A model generated the notes under the pieces. It ran no database searches and was not told the origin of the DNA. It worked only from the letters and a program-made list of their open reading frames with translations. A stretch of 64,000 bases of DNA from Verrucomicrobiia bacterium (GTDB lineage: Bacteria; Patescibacteriota; Saccharimonadia; Saccharimonadales; JAGQNK01): the NCBI GenBank assembly GCA_035489575.1, contig DATHJY010000003.1, forward strand, positions 53,800 through 117,799, given 5' to 3'. Below, one piece after another: positions 37,318 to 47,696 of this stretch (the stretch's first letter is position 1; each line of letters starts with the position of its first letter). Made by a program: the position numbers and the translations under genes.

Positions 37318-39269
37318 TACATCACAACGTCGCTGGCTTTGACATATGCCTGGCGGTGACCGTAAGTGATGGGTAGGTACTTCTCGGTGCCCATGGTAAT
37401 AGTGCCATCACCCGGGGTGCTGCGGTCAAAGGCCAATACATGGAAGTAGTCGTTGGGCACCTTTGGCTCATAGACGACGTAGGATTGACCGGCTGGAATA
37501 GTGTATTGCAGGGGCACAATAGTTTGCACTGGAGCGTGTGTGGTATTGTAGGCGCCAGGCTCGGGCAGGGGTCTTCCGTAGACCGGCACAGAACTTGCTC
37601 CGTTTTTTGCTTTTACAAGTTTTGAACGGCCCGGTAGCGCGGTTTTGCTGGGTCCGGATGGGTTGTAGAACCAGCCTTTTTGGCCGTTAAACCAGATAGC
37701 TGTCCAGTCGCCGCTCCTTCCAGCAACAGCAAAGTGCTGACCGTGCGTGGCTTTGGCGCTCCAATCTTCGGCTTTGGTCGTGCCTGCCGTGCCGTCAGGA
37801 TGCAAGCCGGCGTCAGTCAGTAAGTCAGCGGTTGGGCTGGGCTCTTTACGCAAGTACACAAAATTAGCAGATTGGCTTGGTAGCGGGGTGCACGTGGTGC
37901 CTGTGCAGGTGGTGATTGGTGGTTTGTTGGTAGTAAAGTTTGGGGCGATGGTAACTACGTCGCTGCTACCTGGCGCTGCGGATGTGTGTGTTCCGAGTAG
38001 CTCCATGTAATGGTTCCAGTCCCAGAAAGGGCCTGGGTCCCAATGTGCACCGGCTACTCGCTCGGGTGTGGGGGCGTGATATTGACTGTGCCCAACAATA
38101 TGTTCGCGGTCCAACGGTACGTTATACTTCTCGGCCAGATAGCGGACAAGTTTGGCAGACGAGCGGTACATAGCCTCGGTGTACCAGGCGGCACCCTCGG
38201 TTGCAATGCCCTCATGCTCAACGCCAATAGAATGCATGTTGACATACCAGTTGCCAGCATGCCAGGCAACATCTTCATTTTTGACCATTTGCGTTACTTC
38301 ACCATCAGAGGACCGAATCACATAATGAGCCGCTACGTATGATGCCGGGTCACGGAACCAGTCTATGGCGCTTTGATACGAGCCTTCGGTATCATGAATG
38401 ACAATATATTTGACCTTCATATCGTTCGGACGGTGGGCTTGGTCATAGTTGCCGTAGTCAACGGGGTCATTTGGGTTGTTCTGTGCAAACCGAGCCGGTA
38501 CGAATTTGCAAATGATGGTACGGGGACATTCTGTCTGGTTTTGCTGCTGGTTGGTGTGGCGGCCAGATCGGGGTAAGCGTAACCGCTCTACTCGTGATCG
38601 GTTTGGTCTAACTGGTCTGCCCGGCATGCTGACCGACTGACCATCCTCGGTGTGGCGGGCAGCGCCATTTTGTACTGTGTTATATACGTCATTGGCGAAG
38701 TCCTCGGCGCTTTCTTGGTCGGGCGAATCGGCTATTTTGGCAACTGCGCCATACCACTCGTCAACGTGTGTAGGCTCTTGTCCGTCGTTAGTTTCACGGC
38801 CGTATTTGGCCAATATGGCTGCCCCACCTCTTATGTTTTGGCGGTCATCATGCTTCAGTGTTTCGACAGAGACTTGCAGTTGGGCAGCTGCCTCGTCCAG
38901 GGTGTGTTTTCTTGAAGAGTGTCTGTTTTGTCTGGGGCGGTGCGGATCACCACGGCCGTCCTCTGACTCGGCTTCTGAAGTCAAGTGCATCAGGCCATAG
39001 CCACCACTGGCGCTGGGCCTGCCTTTGTGATTTTCCCAGCGTGTTTGGTTATATGAAACGGCCATTAAGATTTCTTGAGGCACGCCAAACTCTGTGCTAG
39101 CCACCGCAAAGTCTTGTTGTGTGTTTTGATTGGCAGCCGATGCTACTCCAGAAAGAGGGAGTGATACCGTAGCAAGCACTGCAGCAAACAAACTCGCTTC
39201 TTTGACACATCTTTTAAAGGTTAAGCGCATACAGGATCCTTGATTAAGTTTCTTTACTTTACTAAACAA
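37314..39269 (-). CDS. secreted N-acetylmuramoyl-L-alanine amidase (Amidase_2/PGRP domain) protein
   Basis: signal peptide; YIVIHDTEGS...AAHYVIRSSDGEVTQMV...AWHAG...HSIGVEHEG. Confidence 0.65.
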   Translation of the reverse strand: MFSKVKKLNQGSCMRLTFKRCVKEASLFAAVLATVSLPLSGVASAANQNTQQDFAVASTEFGVPQEILMAVSYNQTRWENHKGRPSASGGYGLMHLTSEAESEDGRGDPHRPRQNRHSSRKHTLDEAAAQLQVSVETLKHDDRQNIRGGAAILAKYGRETNDGQEPTHVDEWYGAVAKIADSPDQESAEDFANDVYNTVQNGAARHTEDGQSVSMPGRPVRPNRSRVERLRLPRSGRHTNQQQNQTECPRTIICKFVPARFAQNNPNDPVDYGNYDQAHRPNDMKVKYIVIHDTEGSYQSAIDWFRDPASYVAAHYVIRSSDGEVTQMVKNEDVAWHAGNWYVNMHSIGVEHEGIATEGAAWYTEAMYRSSAKLVRYLAEKYNVPLDREHIVGHSQYHAPTPERVAGAHWDPGPFWDWNHYMELLGTHTSAAPGSSDVVTIAPNFTTNKPPITTCTGTTCTPLPSQSANFVYLRKEPSPTADLLTDAGLHPDGTAGTTKAEDWSAKATHGQHFAVAGRSGDWTAIWFNGQKGWFYNPSGPSKTALPGRSKLVKAKNGASSVPVYGRPLPEPGAYNTTHAPVQTIVPLQYTIPAGQSYVVYEPKVPNDYFHVLAFDRSTPGDGTITMGTEKYLPITYGHRQAYVKASDVVMY

Positions 39270-39441
39270 AACTTAGGGTAAGTATGAGCTTTTTCACAGA
39301 CGTAAATGGGATCTGGCGCTCGTTTAATAATCTTTGAAGAAGTGCCCTATAATATCATAGTCGTTACATAAGATTCTTTACAGCGCGTTTTGGCATAGTT
39401 TTATAAGCTAGTATTGCCACCTAACCGAAAGGAGGCAAAAC

Positions 39442-39561
39442 ATGGCAGAAAAAAGCAAACGTGGGTTGGCTAGCGCTGATGCGGCAACCCGAAAAGCAGT
39501 CGCCAGCAAAGGTGGCAAAGCCAGTCGTGGCGGTGGCCGTCGCAAGGTCACCATCCCTTAA
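39442..39561 (+). CDS. small KGG-repeat stress-protein-like peptide (YciG/YmdF-like), 39 aa
   Basis: strong SD aaggagg 7 nt upstream; MAEKSKRGLASADAATRKAVASKGGKASRGGGRRKVTIP; followed by a terminator; not in the ORF track (<60 aa). Confidence 0.5.
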   Translation: MAEKSKRGLASADAATRKAVASKGGKASRGGGRRKVTIP

Positions 39562-39604
39562 CGGTGCCCAAAAAAGCACGAACAAAAAGAGACATGTGAC
39601 CCTA

Positions 39605-39633
39605 AGAGCCTCCCATCCCCGGAGGCTCTTTGG
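39605..39633 (+). terminator. intrinsic terminator
   Basis: agagcctcc-catcccc-ggaggctct + tttgg. Confidence 0.55.
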
Positions 39634-40008
39634 CTATACTAGTAAGCTTTGTATGGTAAGCGCCAGTTGCTTGGGCGATAGGGTAGACTTGAGGATATTT
39701 TCGGACACTCCCAAAGCTATCATTTGGTCCAGTTTCTGTTGATCAGATAGGTTGCTAAAAGCAATAACTTTAACACTTGGAAAATTCTTGGTGAGCTTTG
39801 CGAGGGTTAGGAATGTCACTCCATCCATTTCGGGCATGAGGATGTCTAGCAGAATAAGGTCGGGCTGAAAAGTTTTGAGCTGCTTGAGCGCCAGCCGGCC
39901 ATTGGTGGCCGTTGCCACTTCATAACCTTCCTGCGTCAGGATTTGGCAATACGCCTCGCGCAAGATTTGTTCGTCCTCGACAACCAGTATTTTATACTTA
40001 GTTCCCAT
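39634..40008 (-). CDS. receiver-only response regulator (CheY-like)
   Basis: ILVVEDEQ...DLILLDILMPEMDG...K; 124 aa, no output domain; 11-nt overlap with upstream HK. Confidence 0.75.
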   Translation of the reverse strand: MGTKYKILVVEDEQILREAYCQILTQEGYEVATATNGRLALKQLKTFQPDLILLDILMPEMDGVTFLTLAKLTKNFPSVKVIAFSNLSDQQKLDQMIALGVSENILKSTLSPKQLALTIQSLLV

Positions 40009-42112
40009 CTCCTGTGTGCTTGCCTTGAGGGATTTTTATGGTAAATGTCGACCCTTTATGCAGCCTTGAAGTAACGTCAATGCTGCCATGGTGGAGACTC
40101 ACGATCTTCTCCGCCCAGTATAATCCCAAACCGGTACCGCCGACTAGTGTAGATAACGAATTGCTGACGCGTGAGAACTTTTGAAACAAGCGAGGGATAT
40201 CTTTTTGGGCAATACCTACGCCTTCGTCCGTAACGCTGATAGTAACGTGGTCTTTGTTTTTCTTCAGCTGCACCATGATTTTCTTGCCCTCGGGCGAGTA
40301 TTTGCCGGCATTGTCTATCAAGTTCTCTAGGACCATGCGCATGCGTTCGGGGTCTATAGACGCTGGCACTTTTTTACGCACGTGCCTAAAGCTGACGCCT
40401 TGTTTCTTTTGCTTGAACTTGTCGGCTTGCTCGTCGATGATGTCGTCTATCATGTCCACCAGGTCGACCTTTTGCTTGCGCAGGGCGACCTTGCCGGCGT
40501 CTATGTGTGCCACCTTGAGTAAGTCGTCGATGATATTCAGCTGGCGTTCGTTGCTTTCATAGGCGGTATGTAGCATCTTCATCTGAGGCTTGCTGAGCGG
40601 CCCCCCATACCCCTCTAGCAGCATGCCGATGTACTGCTTGACCCCCGTAGCCGGTGTACGTAGCTGGTGCGATGCCAGCGAAATAAACTCGTCCTTGGAG
40701 TTGTTTAGTGTCACCAACTGGTACTGCTGTTCGCGTAATTTTTGGTTGACCTCCTCCAGCTCCTCTTTGCTTTTCTTGGTGTTTTTGACCTCTTGTATGT
40801 CGGTCATGGAGCCAATAAATCCCAAGAACTCGCCCTCGGGTGAATAGCGCGGAGTGCCATTGGCCAGCATCCAATGGTAGGTGCCATCGTGGTGGTGCAG
40901 GCGATATTCCAGACTGTAGGAGGCGCGCTCATCAAAAGCTTGGTTATAGGTTTTTAGATTGCGCTCGTAGTCGTCTGGGTGGATGCCTTTGGTCCAGCCG
41001 CTCCCCAGCTCTTCGGGGAGGGTGTGGCCGGTAAAATCCAGCCACGGTTTATTAAAATAGGTGCGTTGTTTGTCTGGCCCGGCCATCCAGATCAGTACTG
41101 GAGCTGTGTCGGCCATCATTCGAAAACGTTGCTCGCTCTCGTGCAGGGCTATCTCGTATCGCTTGCGTTTGTCTATGAGCATGCTGGTGCCCACCATGCG
41201 CACGGCCCGGCCGTTTTCTAGGTAGGCCCGGCCCTGGCCCATCACCCAATGCTCAGTGCCATTGGGCCACAACACCCGGTGTTCAAAGCTGTAGCTGCTG
41301 CCGTCGCTGAGGGATTTGTCTATGAATGATTGCACGCGTTGGCGGTCGTCAGGGTGAACGATTTGTTTGTAGAGCGCATAGGTGACAACATCCTTGGCCT
41401 TCAGGCCAAAGATACGCTTGAGCTCGTTGGTCCAGGTCAGCTTGTCGTTGGCGATATCCCATTCCCACATGCCGGTTTGCGAAGCGGCTAGGGATAGTTC
41501 TAGGCGTTCCTGGCTGGCGTGCAATGCCCGTAGAGCAACGCGTTGCTCGGTGATGTTCTGTTGTGTTCCCCAGGCATGTACCAAATGGTCGTCTCGCACC
41601 ATACCTACCAGACTATTCCGGAAGTATTTATCGTTACCCTTGGTGTCGTGCTCGTGTGACTCGGCACCGGAGAGGTTGTAGCCGTTGGCGATAAAAGCTT
41701 TGAGGTATTCGATGTTTTTTGGGTCGTCTTGTATCAGCAGGTCACCCAGCCGGGCGCCCACAATATCTTCGACCGCTTTTAGCCCATACATGCGGGCCAT
41801 GGCTTCGTTGGCCTCAGCCAAGTAGGCGTACTTGTACATCAGCTCGATTTGCCGAGTGGGCGATAGCCTTATAGAAATAGGCTTTTCGACCTCGACCCGC
41901 CAGATACCTTCGTTACTGTTATGAATAAAGGCCTGGTAACGTTCTTCGCTGGCGCGCAAGCGATTCTCGATAGTGTGTGTGCTATCGACTGGTTCAGTGC
42001 CTTTGGCCGTCTCCTGACCTGTTTTGGCTTTCACAGTTTTATTATAACGCTGTAAATCTGCGTGAAAATATAAGATCGCATACAGTAGACGTTTCGTCTT
42101 GGCAGAACTCAC
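39998..42112 (-). CDS. PAS-domain sensor histidine kinase
   Basis: several PAS/PAC-like segments, H-box SHQLRTPATGV, N/G-boxes LIDNAGKYS, GGTGLGLYWAEKIV. Confidence 0.8.
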   Translation of the reverse strand: MSSAKTKRLLYAILYFHADLQRYNKTVKAKTGQETAKGTEPVDSTHTIENRLRASEERYQAFIHNSNEGIWRVEVEKPISIRLSPTRQIELMYKYAYLAEANEAMARMYGLKAVEDIVGARLGDLLIQDDPKNIEYLKAFIANGYNLSGAESHEHDTKGNDKYFRNSLVGMVRDDHLVHAWGTQQNITEQRVALRALHASQERLELSLAASQTGMWEWDIANDKLTWTNELKRIFGLKAKDVVTYALYKQIVHPDDRQRVQSFIDKSLSDGSSYSFEHRVLWPNGTEHWVMGQGRAYLENGRAVRMVGTSMLIDKRKRYEIALHESEQRFRMMADTAPVLIWMAGPDKQRTYFNKPWLDFTGHTLPEELGSGWTKGIHPDDYERNLKTYNQAFDERASYSLEYRLHHHDGTYHWMLANGTPRYSPEGEFLGFIGSMTDIQEVKNTKKSKEELEEVNQKLREQQYQLVTLNNSKDEFISLASHQLRTPATGVKQYIGMLLEGYGGPLSKPQMKMLHTAYESNERQLNIIDDLLKVAHIDAGKVALRKQKVDLVDMIDDIIDEQADKFKQKKQGVSFRHVRKKVPASIDPERMRMVLENLIDNAGKYSPEGKKIMVQLKKNKDHVTISVTDEGVGIAQKDIPRLFQKFSRVSNSLSTLVGGTGLGLYWAEKIVSLHHGSIDVTSRLHKGSTFTIKIPQGKHTGDGN

Positions 42113-42241
42113 CTGAGGTGAGTTCTAGACTCGTCAGCACAAGCAAAACTTGTGGACGTCTATCTGTATGCCGGTGGGCGGGGGGTGAGTGTGCCCTCCG
42201 GCATACAGATGGTGCAGACGTATAGAGAGGATGTGGCTGGG

Positions 42242-42925
42242 TTAGCCGACGGGTGTGCTGGCGACTGCCTGCATGACGGCTTCGTGCCGCTGCAGCCTGC
42301 CGTATTCGGCCGTGGTCTCCGTGACCCATCCATCGTTGCGGATGCGGGCGAGGGTGGTGGTCAGGTCGAACCCGAACATGCCATCGCGGTTGGTCACGTC
42401 GACCTTCAGCATCTTGCTCAGCATGGTGAGTGCTCGGATGTTGCCGGCGGTCTTGATCTGCAGCCAGTCGGGTACGAAGAAGAAGCCGTCACGCATCTCG
42501 TCGTTGTACCCCGCGGCTCGCGGGTGGGACAGACGGACGTGACCTTGGGCGCGCAGCTCGGGCTTGGTGTCACGGGGACCGGTCAGGGTCGTGACGAGGG
42601 TCTGTCGCAGTATGCGCTGCTTCTCGAGCTCTCGCGATAGCTTGACGATGTCACCTCGCTTGACCATGCTACAGGCCTCGCACATGAGGTCGTCCTGGCT
42701 CAACCGCTCCTTGACCACGTCGAACGTGGGCTCGTCGCCGATGATCCAGGCCCGGTACACGTGGTTGCCCTTGCAGAGGCGGCAGGGGGCGAAGACCCGG
42801 AGGATGTCGTCGTAGGATCGGTCCGTCACCTCGAGCTTGATGATGTAATCGCCGTAGCGGAAGCCCGAGTCGGTCGTGACCGACTCGTCGAGGGTCAGGC
42901 CGAAGGCGGTGGTGGGGTGGGTCAT
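42242..42925 (-). CDS. hypothetical protein with CxxC...CxxC zinc-ribbon (GC-rich)
   Basis: CRLCKG...CEAC; likely start MTHPTT at 42925. Confidence 0.4.
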   Translation of the reverse strand: MTHPTTAFGLTLDESVTTDSGFRYGDYIIKLEVTDRSYDDILRVFAPCRLCKGNHVYRAWIIGDEPTFDVVKERLSQDDLMCEACSMVKRGDIVKLSRELEKQRILRQTLVTTLTGPRDTKPELRAQGHVRLSHPRAAGYNDEMRDGFFFVPDWLQIKTAGNIRALTMLSKMLKVDVTNRDGMFGFDLTTTLARIRNDGWVTETTAEYGRLQRHEAVMQAVASTPVG

Positions 42926-42952
42926 GGGTAGTGCTCCAGTCTCTCTGGTGTT

Positions 42953-43005
42953 TCGAATGCGAATAGCAGGACACAACATCCGGTGATGTCCTGTTACTCG
43001 CATTC
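42953..43005. promoter_or_regulatory. ~20-bp imperfect palindrome in divergent promoter/5'UTR region
   Basis: cgaatgcgaatagcaggaca-N13-tgtcctgttactcgcattcg, 25 nt upstream of the minus-strand start. Confidence 0.35.
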
Positions 43006-43193
43006 GTGCCAGCGTGGAATACTACGTCTCTCTAAACGTGCGTGAGTTGCCCGTGAGGGCAATCATATAATTTATAACATTTTTGTTTATAAAAAGCAAT
43101 AGATCTTCAGTATGACAAACAGGGGTGATTGGTGTGCCTAGCGCGACGCTGCAATTAGTCAAGAGGTAGCTTTTCTGCTAGGATGTACCCCAT

Positions 43194-44000
43194 ATGAAGC
43201 TACTAAACGGCAAGGAACTCGCTGATTTTATTAAGCAGCGCCAGGCCCAGCAGGTGCGTGCACTGCGTCAGGCCTCTGGCGTGGTACCCAAGCTGGCTAT
43301 TATTCAGTGCATAGATGACCCCGTTATTGATACGTACGTTCGGCTCAAAAAACGCTACGGCGCAGACATCCTAGTAGAAGTAGAGCATCACAAAATAGAG
43401 CAATCAGAAATTGCAAATCTGTTGCAACAACTGAATAAAGACGACACCGTTCATGGCGTTATCGTTCAGTTGCCGCTAGTAGACCCTGCTCAGACTGACG
43501 AGATCGTAAACTTGGTGGCGCCAGAAAAAGACGTAGACGCCCTTGGCAAAGAGGCCAAGTTTGACCCAGCCACACCCATGGCAATACTGTGGCTACTGGC
43601 CGGCTATAACGTAGACCTGAAAGGCAAACACATCTTGCTGATTGGTCGTGGCAAGCTGGTGGGCGCACCATTGGAGCGCATGCTGTTATCTGCTGACCAA
43701 GATGTAGAAGTCATTGATCGCGAAACTACTGACCTGTCTGCTCACACAAAGGGTGCAGACGTTATCATCACCGCCACCGGCAGCCCTGCCATTTTGTATC
43801 CCGACATGATCAAAGAAGGGGCAGTAGTGGTAGACGCAGGTGTTGCCTCAGAATCTGGCAAAACTGTCGGCGACCTAGCAGCAGAAGTCTACAACCGCGA
43901 CGACCTGACCATCACCCCCTCAAAGGGTGGTGTAGGACCTCTCACCGTCTGCGCCCTCTTTGATAATGTCATCCGCGCCGCTCGCCGCACAACAGAGTAG
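43194..44000 (+). CDS. folD: bifunctional methylenetetrahydrofolate dehydrogenase/cyclohydrolase
   Basis: characteristic FolD sequence incl. VIVQLPL, GRGKLVGAPL, DVIITATGSP, VVDAGV. Confidence 0.85.
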   Translation: MKLLNGKELADFIKQRQAQQVRALRQASGVVPKLAIIQCIDDPVIDTYVRLKKRYGADILVEVEHHKIEQSEIANLLQQLNKDDTVHGVIVQLPLVDPAQTDEIVNLVAPEKDVDALGKEAKFDPATPMAILWLLAGYNVDLKGKHILLIGRGKLVGAPLERMLLSADQDVEVIDRETTDLSAHTKGADVIITATGSPAILYPDMIKEGAVVVDAGVASESGKTVGDLAAEVYNRDDLTITPSKGGVGPLTVCALFDNVIRAARRTTE

Positions 44001-44118
44001 AAATATTGACTTTTTCACTATAAATTATAAAGTATATTGGTCTTCGTAGTTTTCTCTTGGAGGCACCTTAAGGCATCTTATCTTTGTTTACCCCGAACGT
44101 CATGAAAGGACGTGAATC

Positions 44119-44916
44119 GTGAGTAATGCAGTTTCGAACGATCTGCTGGAGTGGATCGCCCAGGGCCATTTCAGCCCGCGTGTGCGCGAGGCTGTGGATG
44201 ACATCCTCAACCCTGTCGCTGGTACCAGCTGGTACACAGAGTTGGAGCAATCTGTCGGACCCGGTGGTGCGCTCAGGCAACTGAAGGAGTGGGTGGATGC
44301 CATGCGCATCGATGAGATCAGTAGCTCCATGGAAAGCATCGCTGCAGGCATCATGCATCTGGCTGCCTCTGACACCGCCAGCGATCTGCCCAACACGGGT
44401 CCCATCGAGGTGGTTACTGCCGATAGCGGCAGTCTCTTCCCCGGGATGGTGGACTGTGCCAGCGACGCAAAGATGGTCGTCGTCCTCAACCCCAGCACTC
44501 CCCGCTGTCCGTGCAAGCCGCCCGTTCACGCGGACGTGTTCAGTCCCAAGGCACCCCTTGGCCTGAGGGCGATCACCCTCAGCTGTCACCCCGCCACACC
44601 GACGCGCAATCGCCTCTGTCTGGTGCTGCAGCCGCCGGGTGCCGACCCCGCCACGTACAATCTTGTCGAGTTCGACATGGCGGGGATCATGACCGTTCAG
44701 GCAGTCAAGCCCTTCCTGTTGGCCGGCGGCCCTTTCCAGGCCGCCATGGGCGTGCTTCCCTTCGACCAGGTCTGGGCGGCGAGCGCAAACGACCTCAGCA
44801 GGGATCCAGACCGTGCCTTGGGCGCTGGTTGTAGCGAGCTGCTACGGCAGAAGGTGCCCTTCCTGGGGATGTACCTCACCGCTCTGGCCAATCTGCTGAA
44901 CAACCACGAACACTGA
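44119..44916 (+). CDS. hypothetical protein (GC-rich)
   Basis: 265-aa ORF, GC-rich; followed by a 14-bp hairpin at 44929-44974. Confidence 0.4.
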   Translation: MSNAVSNDLLEWIAQGHFSPRVREAVDDILNPVAGTSWYTELEQSVGPGGALRQLKEWVDAMRIDEISSSMESIAAGIMHLAASDTASDLPNTGPIEVVTADSGSLFPGMVDCASDAKMVVVLNPSTPRCPCKPPVHADVFSPKAPLGLRAITLSCHPATPTRNRLCLVLQPPGADPATYNLVEFDMAGIMTVQAVKPFLLAGGPFQAAMGVLPFDQVWAASANDLSRDPDRALGAGCSELLRQKVPFLGMYLTALANLLNNHEH

Positions 44917-45199
44917 AGAAGATGCCACCTCGTGGGAGCACCAGCAATATGAGCACTTCGCTCGCTGGTGCTCCCACTACTTCATTCCTATGCATGCGTA
45001 ACTATTAAAAACTTTATAAATGCCTTTAACTCCATGCGTATTTTTGACTACAACTAGTGGTCAATTTTCCAGATGTGAAAATGCTTAAGCTGATTAAGTA
45101 ATATATTTAGCTTGTTGGAATTCTCTCATAGCACTTAGATGCCTGGCATTATATAAGGACTGGTAGATCTACGCTTCATAAATCTAAGGGGGAAATGCA

Positions 45200-45412
45200 A
45201 TGAGCGACACAAGTTCTGTGCCAGCTGTTGCTAGTGCCAAAGCGGTGACAACCCGCAAGAACTCCTACTGGTGGATTGTGGCTATTGTAGCCATAGTCGC
45301 TGTAGCCGTTATTGCCGGTATCTGCATTGTGCGAGGTATGCGCTTTTCCGGCCAGTTTGTTGTCGGCAGCAAATCTTGGTACGGTAGCAAGGTGTATGTC
45401 GGCTGCCAATAG
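45200..45412 (+). CDS. small single-pass membrane protein (70 aa) heading an ABC exporter operon
   Basis: SD aagggggaaa; polar N-term, TM IVAIVAIVAVAVIAGICIV, C-tail ...SKSWYGSKVYVGCQ. Confidence 0.4.
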   Translation: MSDTSSVPAVASAKAVTTRKNSYWWIVAIVAIVAVAVIAGICIVRGMRFSGQFVVGSKSWYGSKVYVGCQ

Positions 45413-45427
45413 GCACTAAAAGGTAAC

Positions 45428-46222
45428 ATGAGGAAAAACATGCCCACTACTCGGAGTAAACAAGCAATTCGGATCGATAAAGTAAGTATCGTATATGGCC
45501 AGAATACGGCCGTAGACAACGTATCTTTTTCGGTACGGACGGGTAGTGTGCATGCCCTCATTGGACCAAACGGAAGTGGCAAGAGCAGCATTATCCATGC
45601 GGTCATGGGAATCAATCCTCTCCACGCTGGCCAAATTGAGGTTGCTGGCACATCTGTGTATGGCGATGGGACAAGTCTGGCAGCCTTGCGGCGTGAGTTT
45701 GGTATCGTTCCCGACGAGGACGACCTGATTGAACCGTTGACCGGGCACGAATATGCCCGTCTTTCGGCAGCGCTTTACGGCTTGGACTCTGATCAGGCAC
45801 ATGCAAGAATCCAGGAACTGGGTGAGCTATTTGAGCTAAAGGCTCTAGATGATCGTATTGGTTCGTACTCGCATGGCATGCGCAAGAAGCTGGCATTTAT
45901 TGCAGCCATGGTCGCCAAACCAGCTCTCTATATTATTGATGAGCCTACCAACGGCTTGGACCCAGACATGATCTTGCTGATCAAAGAAATCATCTTGTCT
46001 CTCAAGAGAAACGGCAAGAGCGTTTTGCTAGCTACACATAATCTGGATTTTGCCCAAGACATTGCTGACGACATTACGATGATTCGGTCTAAGCGTATAG
46101 CCAGCGGCAGCGTGAAAGAAGTTTTGCAAAAGGCCAAAGCAAAGACACTCGAAGAGGCTTATTTAAAGTTAAGCGGTGGGCAGAAAAAGCATGAAGCAAT
46201 CGAATCCTATATTGTTGATTAG
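45428..46222 (+). CDS. ABC transporter ATP-binding protein
   Basis: Walker A GPNGSGKSS, signature YSHGMRKKL, Walker B LYIIDEP, H-loop. Confidence 0.8.
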   Translation: MRKNMPTTRSKQAIRIDKVSIVYGQNTAVDNVSFSVRTGSVHALIGPNGSGKSSIIHAVMGINPLHAGQIEVAGTSVYGDGTSLAALRREFGIVPDEDDLIEPLTGHEYARLSAALYGLDSDQAHARIQELGELFELKALDDRIGSYSHGMRKKLAFIAAMVAKPALYIIDEPTNGLDPDMILLIKEIILSLKRNGKSVLLATHNLDFAQDIADDITMIRSKRIASGSVKEVLQKAKAKTLEEAYLKLSGGQKKHEAIESYIVD

Positions 46223-47696
46223 CGCTACGCTGCTAAAAGTATGGCGGCGCAAAGCAGTTGGTCTGGTGGCGGGTAAGCCGCACATGGTTGCCATGTTGCT
46301 ACCAATCGTGGCCCTCTACGGTTTCTTTGCCTGGCAGATACGTCAGCTCCTAGTGCCTTTTTCGGGCATGGTGGCAGGTGATAGCGAGCAGGCCGGGCTG
46401 GTGGTGCTGGTGGCGGGACTTACCTTTGGGGTGGCCGTTTCTTCTACTTGGTTTTTGGCTAGACAGACTATTGCGGTAAATGTGCCGTCTACACTCCAGT
46501 CCTTGCCCTTCATGAGTCGTACTTGGCTCCGGGCTCAGTCTCTGCTGTTTGTTGGTGCTATCTGGTTACTTAACAGCCTGGTGGCATTACCACTCTTCGT
46601 AGCTCTTGGGCAACAGCAGGGGATGCAGTTGGGCTGGTGGTTGCTATTTGCCGAACTGACGCTGCTTATGTACGTAACGGTTGGGCTACTGCTGTACTTA
46701 TTAGTAGAGCGCGTGATTCATGTAGAGCGCTTACGAAAGCTGGCGGGTGGGCTGAGTAGTCTGCATACCATTGGGCAAGTTGGGCTGGTGGTTCTGGTTG
46801 GGTACGGCCGGCTCTTTAGCAGCGGGGCTTTGAACCGCATCAATATAGGACTGGAGACTAGCTACTTCACGGATATGATTCGTGATGGCGGTTTAGGGAT
46901 ACTGCTTCCATTTGGTGCTGTGCTGCTATGCACCGCCCTAGGTGCTGTGACCATCGACGCTATCAGTAGGGGCTTTACCTCATCGGTAGTAGAGCATCAT
47001 GCCTCACGGCCTTTATCTGCCCGATTGCTGCCGGTGCCAAAAAGCAAAACAGGAACATTGCTGGTTATGGCCTGGCGAATTATTTTGAGTGACAAAGAGA
47101 TATCTATGCCAAATTTGCTGATCATTGGCATTGTGCTGGCCGCCGCATTCGGAGTAAGGGCAGAAGCGTTGTCGGTCACGGCGGGTCTAATCCTCTATTC
47201 GATATATAATGTGCTGTTCCTGCTGCTCTTTTCTAGCTGGGCCCTCTCGGTCCGTGGTCGGCTGGGGACGAGCCGCGCGGTTGTCTATGGTCTGCCAGTT
47301 GACCCAAAGATTTTTATTCGGACCCTTGGGGTTATGACCCTGGGTTCAATCCTTGCCCTGTACGCAATCGTGGAGCTGGCTTTGTTTGCGGTGATGGGCG
47401 ATGTCACGGGCGAGAGTTTGGGAAATATCGGCAAGAATGCGCTGACACTGGCAGCGGTTGCTTCTCTGACTTTTATGCTTGGTGTTATGAGCTATGCGGG
47501 CCAAAAGAACAGGCTCAATCAGGTGCCAGTGGCTGTTGGCTTTGCGGTAACGAACATTTTGGGATTGGCTCTGCTGGCGTGGCTTAGTGGAAAATATGGC
47601 ATGCCCGGTTTAGCCGTGGCCGCTTGTGCCTGTGTTATGGCTAGCGTTATTTTTGCAACTAGTTACGAAAGGGAACACATCCTCGATGAGGTCTGA
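46191..47696 (+). CDS. ABC-2-type polytopic permease
   Basis: ~500 aa, ≥10 hydrophobic helices, overlaps ATPase stop. Confidence 0.6.
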   Translation: MKQSNPILLISATLLKVWRRKAVGLVAGKPHMVAMLLPIVALYGFFAWQIRQLLVPFSGMVAGDSEQAGLVVLVAGLTFGVAVSSTWFLARQTIAVNVPSTLQSLPFMSRTWLRAQSLLFVGAIWLLNSLVALPLFVALGQQQGMQLGWWLLFAELTLLMYVTVGLLLYLLVERVIHVERLRKLAGGLSSLHTIGQVGLVVLVGYGRLFSSGALNRINIGLETSYFTDMIRDGGLGILLPFGAVLLCTALGAVTIDAISRGFTSSVVEHHASRPLSARLLPVPKSKTGTLLVMAWRIILSDKEISMPNLLIIGIVLAAAFGVRAEALSVTAGLILYSIYNVLFLLLFSSWALSVRGRLGTSRAVVYGLPVDPKIFIRTLGVMTLGSILALYAIVELALFAVMGDVTGESLGNIGKNALTLAAVASLTFMLGVMSYAGQKNRLNQVPVAVGFAVTNILGLALLAWLSGKYGMPGLAVAACACVMASVIFATSYEREHILDEV

